Origin: an uncultured Methylomirabilota bacterium | GTDB taxonomy: Bacteria > Methylomirabilota > Methylomirabilia > Methylomirabilales > 2-02-FULL-66-22 | Length of the DNA stretch: 64,000 nt | Direction of reading: 5' to 3' | Assembly (NCBI GenBank): GCA_963845565.1 | Contig: CAWJSJ010000002.1 | Location: 1,888,001-1,952,000 of the forward strand | Part shown: positions 1 through 8,994 of the stretch, one piece after another | Layout of the letters: each line of letters begins with the position of its first letter | Numbering within the stretch: position 1 is the first letter of the stretch | Position numbers and translations under genes: made by a program | Notes under the pieces: model-generated | What the model was told of the DNA's origin: nothing | Databases searched by the model: none | The model's input: only the letters and a program-made list of their open reading frames with translations

Positions 1-606
1 CGGATCGACCTGCTCCAGGCGACCTCCATCGAGACGCTGGATCCGCGGCGGCGCCGGATCGTGATGGACGCCGCCATGTACGGATTCTCCCATGTCAAGG
101 ACCCCGTCGTCCTCGTGGTCGGAGGCGAATACCTCGTCTATACCTCGGCGGCGTGGCGGGACCAGCACCTGGGGCCGGATGCCGACGGATTGATCCGCTC
201 GCGCGGCCGGGGGCTGATCGCGCTCCATCGGTCGCTCGACGGGATCGATTTTCCCACGGCCCAGGTCGTCGCCGAGCCTGGACCTCAAGGTTGGGGCGGG
301 ATCAACGTCCGGCCCTCCGCGGTGGTCTGGGTGCCCCCCGTCTGGACGATGCTCTTCGACGAAGGGACGACCCGGGCCGACTCCTACGACGAGCAGTGCA
401 TGCTGGCGGTCTCCACCGACCTCCGGACGTGGCGTCGGCTCACGCCGTCGCATCGGCCGTGGGTCCGCTCGTCGCACGCGACCGGCTCGGTCCGATACGT
501 CGACGTCGTGCTGGTGGGCGATACGGTCCATTACTTCTACGAGTACGCCCGCGCCGACCGAGCGCACGAGTTGCGACACGCGGCGGTGCGCCTGTCCGCA
601 TCGTAA
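1..606 (+). CDS. Glycoside hydrolase-like beta-propeller protein (5' partial)
   Basis: Frame 1 is open from base 1; KDPVV and S-x-DG/S-x-DL-x-x-W Asp-box-like repeats; upstream of a sugar ABC operon. Confidence 0.55.
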   Translation, partial: RIDLLQATSIETLDPRRRRIVMDAAMYGFSHVKDPVVLVVGGEYLVYTSAAWRDQHLGPDADGLIRSRGRGLIALHRSLDGIDFPTAQVVAEPGPQGWGGINVRPSAVVWVPPVWTMLFDEGTTRADSYDEQCMLAVSTDLRTWRRLTPSHRPWVRSSHATGSVRYVDVVLVGDTVHYFYEYARADRAHELRHAAVRLSAS

Positions 607-699
607 CGGGTCCGTCGCGCGGGGGTGCACCGGTCTGGCGCGCGAGATCCTGCGGTCCGCACCCGAGATGGAGATGCGAACGAGGAAAGGAGGGGTTTC

Positions 700-2037
700 A
701 TGCCGAGACTGACGAGGCGAACGTTTTTGCGGGGCGTCGCCGCGACGGTGGCTCTCCCGGCGGCGTCCACGCTCTTCGCACCGGCCGGGGCCCGTGCGGC
801 GACCAAGCCGTTCGCCGGGAAGACCCTGAACGTCTTCATGTTCGATCACCCGTACCCCCGCGCGCTGAAGCAGTTGCTCCCCCAGTTCACCGAGCGCACC
901 GGGATCAAGGTCGAGATGGACACCCCCAGCTTCGTTGTCTACAACCAGCGCGCGGACCTGGAGTTGTCCACAGGGTCGGGCGCCTTCGACGTGATGACGA
1001 TGACGTTCATCTTCTCGGGGAAGTGGATCGGCGCCGGCTGGGCCGCCAAGTTGAACGACTTCATTGCCGCCGACCCCGGCCTGAGCGCCGGCGACTTCCT
1101 GGCGGGCGCCATGGCGCCCATGAAGGCCGGGAACGACGTCCTGGCGCTGCCCTTCGTGGCCGAGAGCACGTTGATGGTGTACCGGACCGACCTCGTGAAG
1201 CAGGCTGGCATCCGCCCGCCGGAAACCTTCGACGAACTGCTGGCGGCCGCGCCCAAGCTCCAGACCGCCGACACCAAGGCGTACATGGGTCGCGGTCTGG
1301 GCGGTGTCCACTGGATCTGGCCGAACTACCTCTACGCCTACGGCGGGCGGTTCTTTGCCGACCCGATCAAAGACATGACGCCGCAGCTGGCGAGCCCGGA
1401 GTCCATCAAAGCCGCCGAGGTGTACGGCAGGCTCTGCCGCGAATACAGCGTGCCCGGCGTCGCGAGCTATGCGGAACCGCAATCCTCGGGCGGGATGATG
1501 GAGGGCCGGACCGCGATCTACATCGACGCTCTGGCCTGGGTCGGGCTCGCCGGCGATCCGGCCAAGAGCAAGGTGCACGACAAGGTAGCCTATACCCTCC
1601 CGCCGGGAGGGCCTGCCGGCCGGTTTCCCCAGGTGGCCGTCCACGGGATGCAGATTCCCGCCGGCGCCAAGCAGAAGGAGGCCTCCTGGGAATTCATCCG
1701 TTGGGCGCTGTCGAAAGAGGTTATGAGCCACATCGCCGAGACCACGGCCTACCCTGCGGTGACGCGAGCCAGCGTGCTCGACAGTCCGAAGTACAAACAG
1801 AAGTACAACTGGGGCGGCTCCGACATCGGCGCGTTGCACGGGCAGGTCCTGAAGCTCGCCGGCTCGGGCTACATGGCGTACCGGACCGTGCCCGAGTTCC
1901 CACCCATCGGGGATCGCGTCACGATCGGTGTCACCGAGGTCATGACCGGTCAGAAGCCGGCCGACCAGGCCATGCGGGACACGAACCGCGATATCGAGGC
2001 CATCCTGACCAAGGCCGGGCGCAAGATCCGACGGTAG
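700..2037 (+). CDS. Carbohydrate ABC transporter substrate-binding protein, Tat-exported
   Basis: AGGAGG RBS; signal MPRLTRRTFL; family-1 SBP composition; followed by two permeases. Confidence 0.9.
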   Translation: MPRLTRRTFLRGVAATVALPAASTLFAPAGARAATKPFAGKTLNVFMFDHPYPRALKQLLPQFTERTGIKVEMDTPSFVVYNQRADLELSTGSGAFDVMTMTFIFSGKWIGAGWAAKLNDFIAADPGLSAGDFLAGAMAPMKAGNDVLALPFVAESTLMVYRTDLVKQAGIRPPETFDELLAAAPKLQTADTKAYMGRGLGGVHWIWPNYLYAYGGRFFADPIKDMTPQLASPESIKAAEVYGRLCREYSVPGVASYAEPQSSGGMMEGRTAIYIDALAWVGLAGDPAKSKVHDKVAYTLPPGGPAGRFPQVAVHGMQIPAGAKQKEASWEFIRWALSKEVMSHIAETTAYPAVTRASVLDSPKYKQKYNWGGSDIGALHGQVLKLAGSGYMAYRTVPEFPPIGDRVTIGVTEVMTGQKPADQAMRDTNRDIEAILTKAGRKIRR

Positions 2038-2058
2038 ACCGAGGCGGAGGCGAGGACC

Positions 2059-2937
2059 GTGAGGCAGCGCACTCGGTTCTTCTGGATCCTGCTCTCGCCG
2101 GCCCTCGCCGTCCTCGCGGTCGTCACCATTGTTCCCTTCCTCTTCCTGTTCTCCACCAGCCTCACCCCGCTCAACTTGGCCCGCCCGACCACCTGGTGGG
2201 ACTTCAGCACCCCGCTGGCGAATTTCGTGGAACTCCTCGACGATCACCGATTCTTGAACTCCCTCGGTGTGCAGCTTCGCCTGTCGGTCTTCACCGTGGG
2301 CTTCCAGTTGCTGTTGGGGCTGGCGGCGGCCCTGCTGTTGAACAGCCGCCTCCGTTTTCTCGCGGCCATGCGGGCGCTGTTCATCATCCCGATGGTGCTG
2401 CCGCCGATCGTGGTGGCCATCATGTGGAAGGTGCTCTTCACGCCGGACATCAGCGTCCTGAACTGGGTTCTGGGTCTGCTGGGTCTGCCCCAGCCCGCCT
2501 GGTTGGCGCACCCGAGGCTGGCCCTGCCGGCCATCATCATTGCCGACGTCTGGGAGTGGTTTCCCTTCACGCTCTTGATGCTGCTGGCGGCGCTGCAGAT
2601 GATCCCCGCGGAGCCGCTCGAGGCGGCACGGATCGATGGTGCCGGCGCCTGGCAGGTGTTTCGGCACGTCGTCCTCCCGCTGTTGCGCCCGGCCATTGTC
2701 GTCACGGTCCTGTTCCGACTCATCGAGAGTGTGAAGGCCTTCCCGTTGATCTTCGTCATGACGGGCGGCGGCCCGGGCACCGTGACCGAGGCCACGAACT
2801 ACTACGCGTTCCTGCAGGGATTCAACTACAGCCTGATCGGGTACTCGGCGGCCATCAGTGTGGTGGTCCTGGCCAGTGTCCTGGCGATCAGCTACCTGAT
2901 CGTCGGCACGGTGGGAGCGCGGGTCGATGTCGAGTAG
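2059..2937 (+). CDS. Carbohydrate ABC transporter permease
   Basis: Multiple TM helices; EAA loop EAARIDGA. Confidence 0.92.
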   Translation: MRQRTRFFWILLSPALAVLAVVTIVPFLFLFSTSLTPLNLARPTTWWDFSTPLANFVELLDDHRFLNSLGVQLRLSVFTVGFQLLLGLAAALLLNSRLRFLAAMRALFIIPMVLPPIVVAIMWKVLFTPDISVLNWVLGLLGLPQPAWLAHPRLALPAIIIADVWEWFPFTLLMLLAALQMIPAEPLEAARIDGAGAWQVFRHVVLPLLRPAIVVTVLFRLIESVKAFPLIFVMTGGGPGTVTEATNYYAFLQGFNYSLIGYSAAISVVVLASVLAISYLIVGTVGARVDVE

Positions 2938-3778
2938 GTCTTCCGGGCGTGGCGGCCGGGGAACGCCGCGACTGTCGATCATTCTGATCTACGCGCAGAC
3001 CATCCTACTCTTGGCCATCACCCTGTTTCCGGTCCTCTGGCTCATCCAGCTATCCTTGAAGGTCGAGAGCGAAGCGTTCCGCATGCCCCCGAAGCTCTGG
3101 TTCGTGCCGACCTTCGAAAATTACCTGGCGCTCCTGCAGGGGAAGTTTGCCCGGTCCTTCGGCAACAGCCTGGTCGTGAGCGTGGCGACCACGCTCATCT
3201 CCCTGCTCCTGGGCGTCCCGGCCGCCTACGCACTCTCCCGGGCCGGTGTCCAGGCGGACAAGGGCATCGCCCTCTGGATCCTGACCACCCGCATGGCCCC
3301 ACCGATCGCGTTCGCCATCCCGTTCTTCCTGACGTACCGCTACCTGGGGTTGATCGACACGCTGGTCGGTTTGATCGTCATCTATCTCACCTTCAACCTC
3401 TCCTTGGTGATCTGGATGATGCGAACCTTCTTCGACGGTCTGCCACGCTCGCTGGAGGAGGCCGCCGAGATCGATGGGGCGACCCCCTGGGGTGCGTTCC
3501 TGCGGATCGCGTTGCCGTTGGCCGGACCCGGCCTGGCCACCACGGCGATCTTCTGCTTCCTGTTCGCCTGGAACGACTTCTTTTTCGCCCTGGTGCTGAC
3601 CCGCAGCCGGGCGCAGATGGCCCCGGTGGCGATCGTCAATTTCATGAACTACGAGGGCTGGGAATGGGGGAAGATCGCCGCGGGTGGGTGCATGATCATG
3701 CTGCCGGTGGTGGCGTTCTCGCTGCTCGTCCGCCGCTACCTCATCCGCGGTCTCACGGCCGGCGCCCTCAAGGGGTAG
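2927..3778 (+). CDS. Carbohydrate ABC transporter permease
   Basis: EAA loop EEAAEIDGA; FAWNDFFFA; C-terminal GLTAGALKG. Confidence 0.92.
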   Translation: MSSRSSGRGGRGTPRLSIILIYAQTILLLAITLFPVLWLIQLSLKVESEAFRMPPKLWFVPTFENYLALLQGKFARSFGNSLVVSVATTLISLLLGVPAAYALSRAGVQADKGIALWILTTRMAPPIAFAIPFFLTYRYLGLIDTLVGLIVIYLTFNLSLVIWMMRTFFDGLPRSLEEAAEIDGATPWGAFLRIALPLAGPGLATTAIFCFLFAWNDFFFALVLTRSRAQMAPVAIVNFMNYEGWEWGKIAAGGCMIMLPVVAFSLLVRRYLIRGLTAGALKG

Positions 3779-3810
3779 CCCGCCCGGCCCGGAGGGAGGC
3801 TGCCCGGCTG

Positions 3811-3912
3811 ATGTTGCTGGTTCTCTCCGGCTGCGCGACGTATTATGATCCCTCGGGTCCCTACGTTCGTGGCATGCGGTGGTTCGATCAGATAGCCGAG
3901 GCTCACGCATGA
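3811..3912 (+). CDS. Possible small or truncated lipoprotein (33 aa)
   Basis: MLLVLSGCATYY lipobox; stop overlaps next start (ATGA). Confidence 0.25.
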   Translation: MLLVLSGCATYYDPSGPYVRGMRWFDQIAEAHA

Positions 3913-5348
3913 ACCCTTGGACGCACGACGAGCCATTACGGGCCCTTTTCGAGCGCCGCTTCGGAGAGCCCGCCGCGAGCACGGTATCGGTCAAAGGCGA
4001 CGGCTCGGCGCGGACGCTCTTCCGTCTGTCGGCCGGCTCCCGGACGGCCATCGGTGTCGTCAATCCGGACGTGCGCGAGAATCGTGCCTTTCTCGAGTTC
4101 TCCCGGCACTTCAGACGCTGCGGTCTGCCCGTGCCGGAGATCTACGACGAGGATCTCGACCGAGGGGTGTACCTGGAAGAGGATCTGGGCGACACGACGC
4201 TCTTCCAGTTCCTCACGGCGCATCGTACCGAGGGCGGCCTCTCGAATGCCACGCTTGACCTGTACCGGAAGGTCGTGGAGTGCCTGCCGCGCTTCCAGAT
4301 CGCGGCCGGGCGGACGGTGAACTACGACGTCTGCTACCCGCGAGCCAGCTTCGACAAGCAATCCATGATGTGGGACCTCAGCTACTTCAAGTATTATTTC
4401 CTGCGGCTGGCGAAGATCGCGTTCAACGAGCAGGCGCTGGAAAACGATTTCGAGTGGTTCGTCGAGTTCCTGCTGATGGCGGAGCGGCGGTATTTCCTCT
4501 ACCGCGACTTCCAGTCCCGGAACGTCATGGTCCGGAACGGAGAGCCGTTCTTCATCGATTACCAGGGTGGGCGACGTGGCGCGCTCCAGTACGACGTTGC
4601 CTCCCTGCTCTTCGACGCCAAAGCCGACCTCCCGTTCGAGGTGCGGGACGAACTCCTGGAGCGCTACCTCGAAGCGGCTTCGACGGTCGAGCCGATCGAC
4701 CGCGACGCCTTCCGGCGCCACTATCCCGGCTTCGCGTACATCCGGATCATGCAGGCCATGGGGGCCTATGGCCTGCGGGGCTTCTACGAGCGAAAACAGC
4801 ACTTCCTGGCCAGCATCCCGTACGCGATCCGGAACCTGGAGCACCTGCTGCGGACGGCCGAGCTTCCTCTGGACCTGCCGGAGTTGACGCAGGTGTGGCG
4901 CCGGCTGGTTGCCTCCTCCGGCCTGCGGCAGTTCGGTACGGCCTCGCTCAAGCTGACGGTCCGGATCGAGAGCTTCTCGTACAAGGACGGCGTGCCGACC
5001 GACGAGAGGGGGCACGGCGGCGGGTACGTGTTCGACTGCCGGGCGCTCCCCAACCCGGGGCGGGAGGCGCGGTACGCGACCTTGACGGGCAAGGACGATG
5101 CCGTGATCGCGTTCTTGGAGACAGAGCCGACGGTTCGCGAATTTCTCAGCCACGTCTTCGGGCTGATTGATCAGACCGTTGAGATTTACCAGGCGCGCAA
5201 CTTTACCGACCTCAGCGTTGCGTGTGGCTGCACCGGCGGCCAGCACCGCTCGGTATACTGTGCGGAGCAGTTGGCGCAGCATCTGCGCGAGCGTTTCCAG
5301 GTGAATGTCGAGGTGCGCCACGCGGCGCAGGAACCCGGGCCGAGATGA
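3909..5348 (+). CDS. AmgK-like anomeric sugar kinase (APH fold) fused to a RapZ C-terminal domain
   Basis: GDGSAR, LEEDLGD, YRDFQSRN, IDYQG kinase motifs; C-terminal SFSYK..VFDCRALPNP..GCTGGQHRSV. Confidence 0.8.
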   Translation: MNPWTHDEPLRALFERRFGEPAASTVSVKGDGSARTLFRLSAGSRTAIGVVNPDVRENRAFLEFSRHFRRCGLPVPEIYDEDLDRGVYLEEDLGDTTLFQFLTAHRTEGGLSNATLDLYRKVVECLPRFQIAAGRTVNYDVCYPRASFDKQSMMWDLSYFKYYFLRLAKIAFNEQALENDFEWFVEFLLMAERRYFLYRDFQSRNVMVRNGEPFFIDYQGGRRGALQYDVASLLFDAKADLPFEVRDELLERYLEAASTVEPIDRDAFRRHYPGFAYIRIMQAMGAYGLRGFYERKQHFLASIPYAIRNLEHLLRTAELPLDLPELTQVWRRLVASSGLRQFGTASLKLTVRIESFSYKDGVPTDERGHGGGYVFDCRALPNPGREARYATLTGKDDAVIAFLETEPTVREFLSHVFGLIDQTVEIYQARNFTDLSVACGCTGGQHRSVYCAEQLAQHLRERFQVNVEVRHAAQEPGPR

Positions 5349-6082
5349 AGGCGATGATCCTGGCGGCCGGCGTCGGGAGCCGCCTCAGGCCGCTCACCGA
5401 CCGGGTGCCGAAGGCGCTGGTCGAGGTCGGCGGCGTTCCGATGATCGAGCGGGTGATCCGGCGTCTGGCGTCGGCCGGCGTCACCGCCCTCGTCGTCAAC
5501 CTCTTTCACCTGGGCGACCGCGTCGTCGAGTTCCTGGCGTCCAAGGGCGATTTCGGACTCCGCATCCAGTTTACGCGTGAGGCCGAACTCCTCGACACCG
5601 GCGGCGGGCTGAAGAACGCGGCGTGGTTCTTCGACGACGGCCGGCCATTCTTCCTCCACAACGTTGACGTGGTGAGCGAGATTGACCTCGGGGCGCTCTT
5701 GCGATTCCACGAGCAAGCACGACCGCTGGCGACGCTGGCGGTGCAATCTCGGCCGAGCTCACGCCAGCTCTTGTTCGACAGAAGCGGCCGACTCGTCGGC
5801 CGGGAAACGTCGGAGGGTGTGGAGTGGGCGCGCGGCCCGGTGGTTTCCGTCGAGCGGCTGGGATTCACCGGCATCCACGTCGTTGACCCCGCGATTTTTT
5901 CGCGGATGAGGGAGACGGGTGCCTTCCCGATCACCCGGACCTACCTGCGGCTCGCCGGGGAAGGCGAACACATCGTTGCCTATCGGGCCGACGGCCAGTA
6001 CTGGCAGGATATCGGGTCGGCGGAGAAGCTGGAGCATGCCCGCAGGTACCTATCGAGACGTCGCCTTCAAGTCCGTGATTGA
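5345..6082 (+). CDS. murU: Nucleotidyltransferase, MurU-like (MurNAc-1P uridylyltransferase)
   Basis: MKAMILAAGVGSRLRPLTD..PKAL; LDTGGG; WQDIG; translationally coupled to the AmgK-like gene. Confidence 0.7.
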   Translation: MKAMILAAGVGSRLRPLTDRVPKALVEVGGVPMIERVIRRLASAGVTALVVNLFHLGDRVVEFLASKGDFGLRIQFTREAELLDTGGGLKNAAWFFDDGRPFFLHNVDVVSEIDLGALLRFHEQARPLATLAVQSRPSSRQLLFDRSGRLVGRETSEGVEWARGPVVSVERLGFTGIHVVDPAIFSRMRETGAFPITRTYLRLAGEGEHIVAYRADGQYWQDIGSAEKLEHARRYLSRRRLQVRD

Positions 6083-6111
6083 CAGCATGGCGTCATGATG
6101 GCATGCTGTCA
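6079..6111 (+). promoter_or_regulatory. TA operon promoter with overlapping 32-bp palindromic operator
   Basis: TTGACA-17-CATGCT embedded in TGACAGCATG-N12-CATGCTGTCA. Confidence 0.6.
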
Positions 6112-6138
6112 TTACTCTCGCTGAGAAAGGAGGGCGAT

Positions 6139-6402
6139 GTGAAGCGCACGCAGATCCAGCTTGATGAGGGTACCTACGAGGCGCTGCGCCGGAAGGCCTT
6201 CGAAAAGGGGTGCTCGATCTCGTCCTATGTGCGCGAGGTCCTCGCCTATTCGCTCGGGACCGGCGCGGCCAAGCAGAAGCGAACGCTGAAGGAATTCCGC
6301 TTCATCGGGACAGGGAAGTCCCGTCAGGGGGCACTGGCGCCGGTCTCCGAGCGCCATGACGAAGCGCTGGCTGAGGCGCTGGCTGAGGAACACGGCCGAT
6401 GA
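6139..6402 (+). CDS. vapB: CopG/RHH antitoxin (VapB-like)
   Basis: GTG start after AGGAGG; KRTQIQL RHH motif; SERHDE C-terminus; overlaps PIN gene. Confidence 0.75.
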   Translation: MKRTQIQLDEGTYEALRRKAFEKGCSISSYVREVLAYSLGTGAAKQKRTLKEFRFIGTGKSRQGALAPVSERHDEALAEALAEEHGR

Positions 6403-6806
6403 TCTTCCTGGACACGTCGGCCATCTATGCGCTTGCCGATGCCGCCGATCCGAATCATGGGCGAGTCAGGGACCATTTCCGGCGAGCGCTAGACGCTGGG
6501 GAGGCGATCCTTACGCACAACTACATCCTGGTCGAATCCATGGCGCTCATCCAGAAACGGCTGGGTCTCGGGACTGCGACCCGTTTCGCTCGGGATGCCA
6601 AAGCCTTCGAGGTGGTATGGGTCGATGAGGCCATGCATGATGAAGCAGCGGCATGCCTCGAGAAAACGGGCAAGCGCGGAATCAGTCTGGTAGATGCGGT
6701 AAGCTTTCTGGTCATGCAAAAGCACGGAATACGCACCGCACTCGCTTTTGGTCCGGACTTTGTGGCTGCAGGCTTCCGCCTGTATGGCGCCCAGGGGTCC
6801 GATTGA
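6399..6806 (+). CDS. vapC: PIN-domain toxin (VapC)
   Basis: IFLDTS, ILVE, SLVDAVSF PIN motifs; the last acidic motif reads AFGPDF. Confidence 0.85.
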   Translation: MIFLDTSAIYALADAADPNHGRVRDHFRRALDAGEAILTHNYILVESMALIQKRLGLGTATRFARDAKAFEVVWVDEAMHDEAAACLEKTGKRGISLVDAVSFLVMQKHGIRTALAFGPDFVAAGFRLYGAQGSD

Positions 6807-6834
6807 GCGAGGACCATCGAAGAAGGAGACACCG

Positions 6835-7884
6835 ATGCTGAACGGCAAGCTGGATTTTCGGAGCGACACGATCACTGAGCCGACCGAGGAGATGCGGGAG
6901 GCGATGGCGCGGGCGAAGGTCGGCGACGATGGGCGCGAAGGGGACCCGACCGTCCGCGAGTTGGAGGCGTACTCCGCGCAGCTCCTGGGGAAAGAGGCTG
7001 GCCTCTTCGTGATCAGTGGAACGATGGGGAATCTCGTTTCCGTCCTGACCCATACCCGCCACGGCCAGGAGGTGATCCTGGAGCGCGACGCCCACCTCTT
7101 CTGGACCGAGGTCGCGGGCATCGCGGCCGTCGGCGGACTGCTCGTCAACCGGGTGGCCGGAGCGGACGGGATCATGGCGGCCGACGATGTGGCGGCGGCC
7201 ATTCGGCCCGCCAAGCTCCACTTCCCCGAGACGGGGCTGATCTGTCTGGAGAACACGCATAACATGGCGGGCGGGACGGTCTGGAGCGTGGCGCAGATGG
7301 CTGCGGTCAAGGCCGTGGCGAGCCGGCACGGGATCCCGGTCCACCTGGACGGGGCCCGGATCTTCAATGCGGCGGTGGCGTTGGGCGTGCCGGCGAAGGA
7401 TATCGCCGCCCAGACCGATTCCGCCACCTTCTGTCTCTCGAAGGGCTTGAGCGCGCCGGTCGGCTCCATCATCGTGGGCACCAGGACCTTCATCGAGGCG
7501 GCCAAGAAGAAGCGGCAGATGCTGGGCGGGACGACCCGCCAGGGGGGCGTGATCGCCGCGGCCGGCCTGGTGGCAATGAAGACGATGGTGAACCGGCTGG
7601 CGGACGATCATGCGCTCGCGCGGCGTCTGGCCGAGAAGTTGAGCACCATTTCGGGTCTCGCCGTAGATCTGCGGACGGTGCAGACCAATATCGTGCGAAC
7701 CACGGTGTCCGGCCTGGGCGTCCCGGCGGCGAAGGTGGCCGAGATGCTCGCCGCCCGGAACGTCCATGTCCTTGCCCAGCAGACCGATACGCTGCGCTGG
7801 CTGACGCATCGCCACGTGACAGCAGCGGATGTGGACGAGGCCGTGACCGTGATGGCCAAGGTGGCGGAGGCGCTCAAGCGATAA
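6835..7884 (+). CDS. ltaE: Low-specificity L-threonine aldolase
   Basis: DFRSDT, SGTMGN, LENTHN, HLDGARIFNA, CLSKGL (PLP lysine). Confidence 0.9.
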   Translation: MLNGKLDFRSDTITEPTEEMREAMARAKVGDDGREGDPTVRELEAYSAQLLGKEAGLFVISGTMGNLVSVLTHTRHGQEVILERDAHLFWTEVAGIAAVGGLLVNRVAGADGIMAADDVAAAIRPAKLHFPETGLICLENTHNMAGGTVWSVAQMAAVKAVASRHGIPVHLDGARIFNAAVALGVPAKDIAAQTDSATFCLSKGLSAPVGSIIVGTRTFIEAAKKKRQMLGGTTRQGGVIAAAGLVAMKTMVNRLADDHALARRLAEKLSTISGLAVDLRTVQTNIVRTTVSGLGVPAAKVAEMLAARNVHVLAQQTDTLRWLTHRHVTAADVDEAVTVMAKVAEALKR

Positions 7885-7985
7885 CCGAATCGTCCGGGTG
7901 ACGACCCCGGCGATCCACCGGCGTATTCCGGTTCTGCGGCATCATGCAGGTCGAACGGTGACGGACATACCATAGGGGGAGACCA

Positions 7986-8876
7986 GTGGCCGGGCGATCT
8001 GACGCTTCCGAAATCACCTTGTCGGGCAGGCGCATCTATGGGCCGACGCCACCCGGCCAGGCTGTCTGGTGCACGCGGACCACGCCGCTGACGCCAGCGG
8101 AGGTGGACGAGGTCGTCGAGCTCGTCGCCCAGGGTCGCCTTGCGCGTCGCAGCGTTCAATTGCCGGAGCGGCTGTGGACGCGTCACTGGGACTCGCTGAT
8201 GGCCGTGGTGTTCCGGCTCAACGACAGGCTGGACTGGGAGCCCGCCGGTTGGAAGATCGGCGCCGCGAGTGCCGAGGTGCGCCATGCCGAAGGCTTGCCG
8301 AGCCCGGCTCCCGGACGGCTGCATCGTCGCGGGGTGCGCGAGAGCCCGGCGATCCTGCCCGCGTCCCTCTTCATCAATTATCGGAACTCCGAGTGCGAGT
8401 TCGCGTTCCGTCTGGGTGCCGACCTTCCTCCCCGCGAGGCGCCCTACGTCGAGGCCGAGGTGCGGGCGGCCATCGAGTCCCTGATGCCGGCGGTGGAGAT
8501 CGGCGACACGGTCTTCGAGGACTGGTATGGAGCGAGTGCCTATCTTGGCTCGTGTCTCGACAATGGTGGCGCGGCAGCGTTCGTGTACGGCACGCCTATC
8601 CGAGATTGGCAGGCGATTGACCTGCCGAACGCGCGAATCGATCTCCACCTCAATGGGGCGTTCATCAAGTCCGGCTTCGGGCGGGCGGCGATGGGCCATC
8701 CGTTGACCTCGCTGACCTGGCTTGCCAACTGGCTGCGGGAGCGAGGGCGAGGGCTCACGGCGGGCGAGATCGTGAGCACCGGCACCTGCACCGGCCACTT
8801 CTTCGCCGCGCCAGGGGACCGGCTCGAGGTGGATTTCGGCGAGGTGGGGCGGGTCGAGATTCTCTACGGTGTGTAG
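7986..8876 (+). CDS. 2-keto-4-pentenoate hydratase / FAH-family protein
   Basis: GWKIGA, ECEFAF, AVEIGD, MGHPL..WLAN, GEIVSTGT. Confidence 0.75.
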   Translation: MAGRSDASEITLSGRRIYGPTPPGQAVWCTRTTPLTPAEVDEVVELVAQGRLARRSVQLPERLWTRHWDSLMAVVFRLNDRLDWEPAGWKIGAASAEVRHAEGLPSPAPGRLHRRGVRESPAILPASLFINYRNSECEFAFRLGADLPPREAPYVEAEVRAAIESLMPAVEIGDTVFEDWYGASAYLGSCLDNGGAAAFVYGTPIRDWQAIDLPNARIDLHLNGAFIKSGFGRAAMGHPLTSLTWLANWLRERGRGLTAGEIVSTGTCTGHFFAAPGDRLEVDFGEVGRVEILYGV

Positions 8877-8900
8877 GGGGCTGCAGCGGACTCTTTGGGC

Positions 8901-8930
8901 TTGACAAGGCGGAGCGGACGCTTCTAAGTT
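8901..8930 (+). promoter_or_regulatory. Putative sigma70 promoter of the TRAP operon
   Basis: TTGACA-18-TAAGTT. Confidence 0.4.
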
Positions 8931-8994
8931 CTTCGAACATCTCACCATGGCGGTTCATTCTACTTGATGGCTTCGTGTTCACGAGGAGGGGGCC

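Noticed and set aside
153..2987. 944-aa ORF, and similar long ORFs at 12032-14050, 25153-27993 and 52198-54918
   Set aside because: Alternative-frame or antisense shadows of well-supported genes; Arg/Pro/Gly-rich with no motifs; expected at high GC
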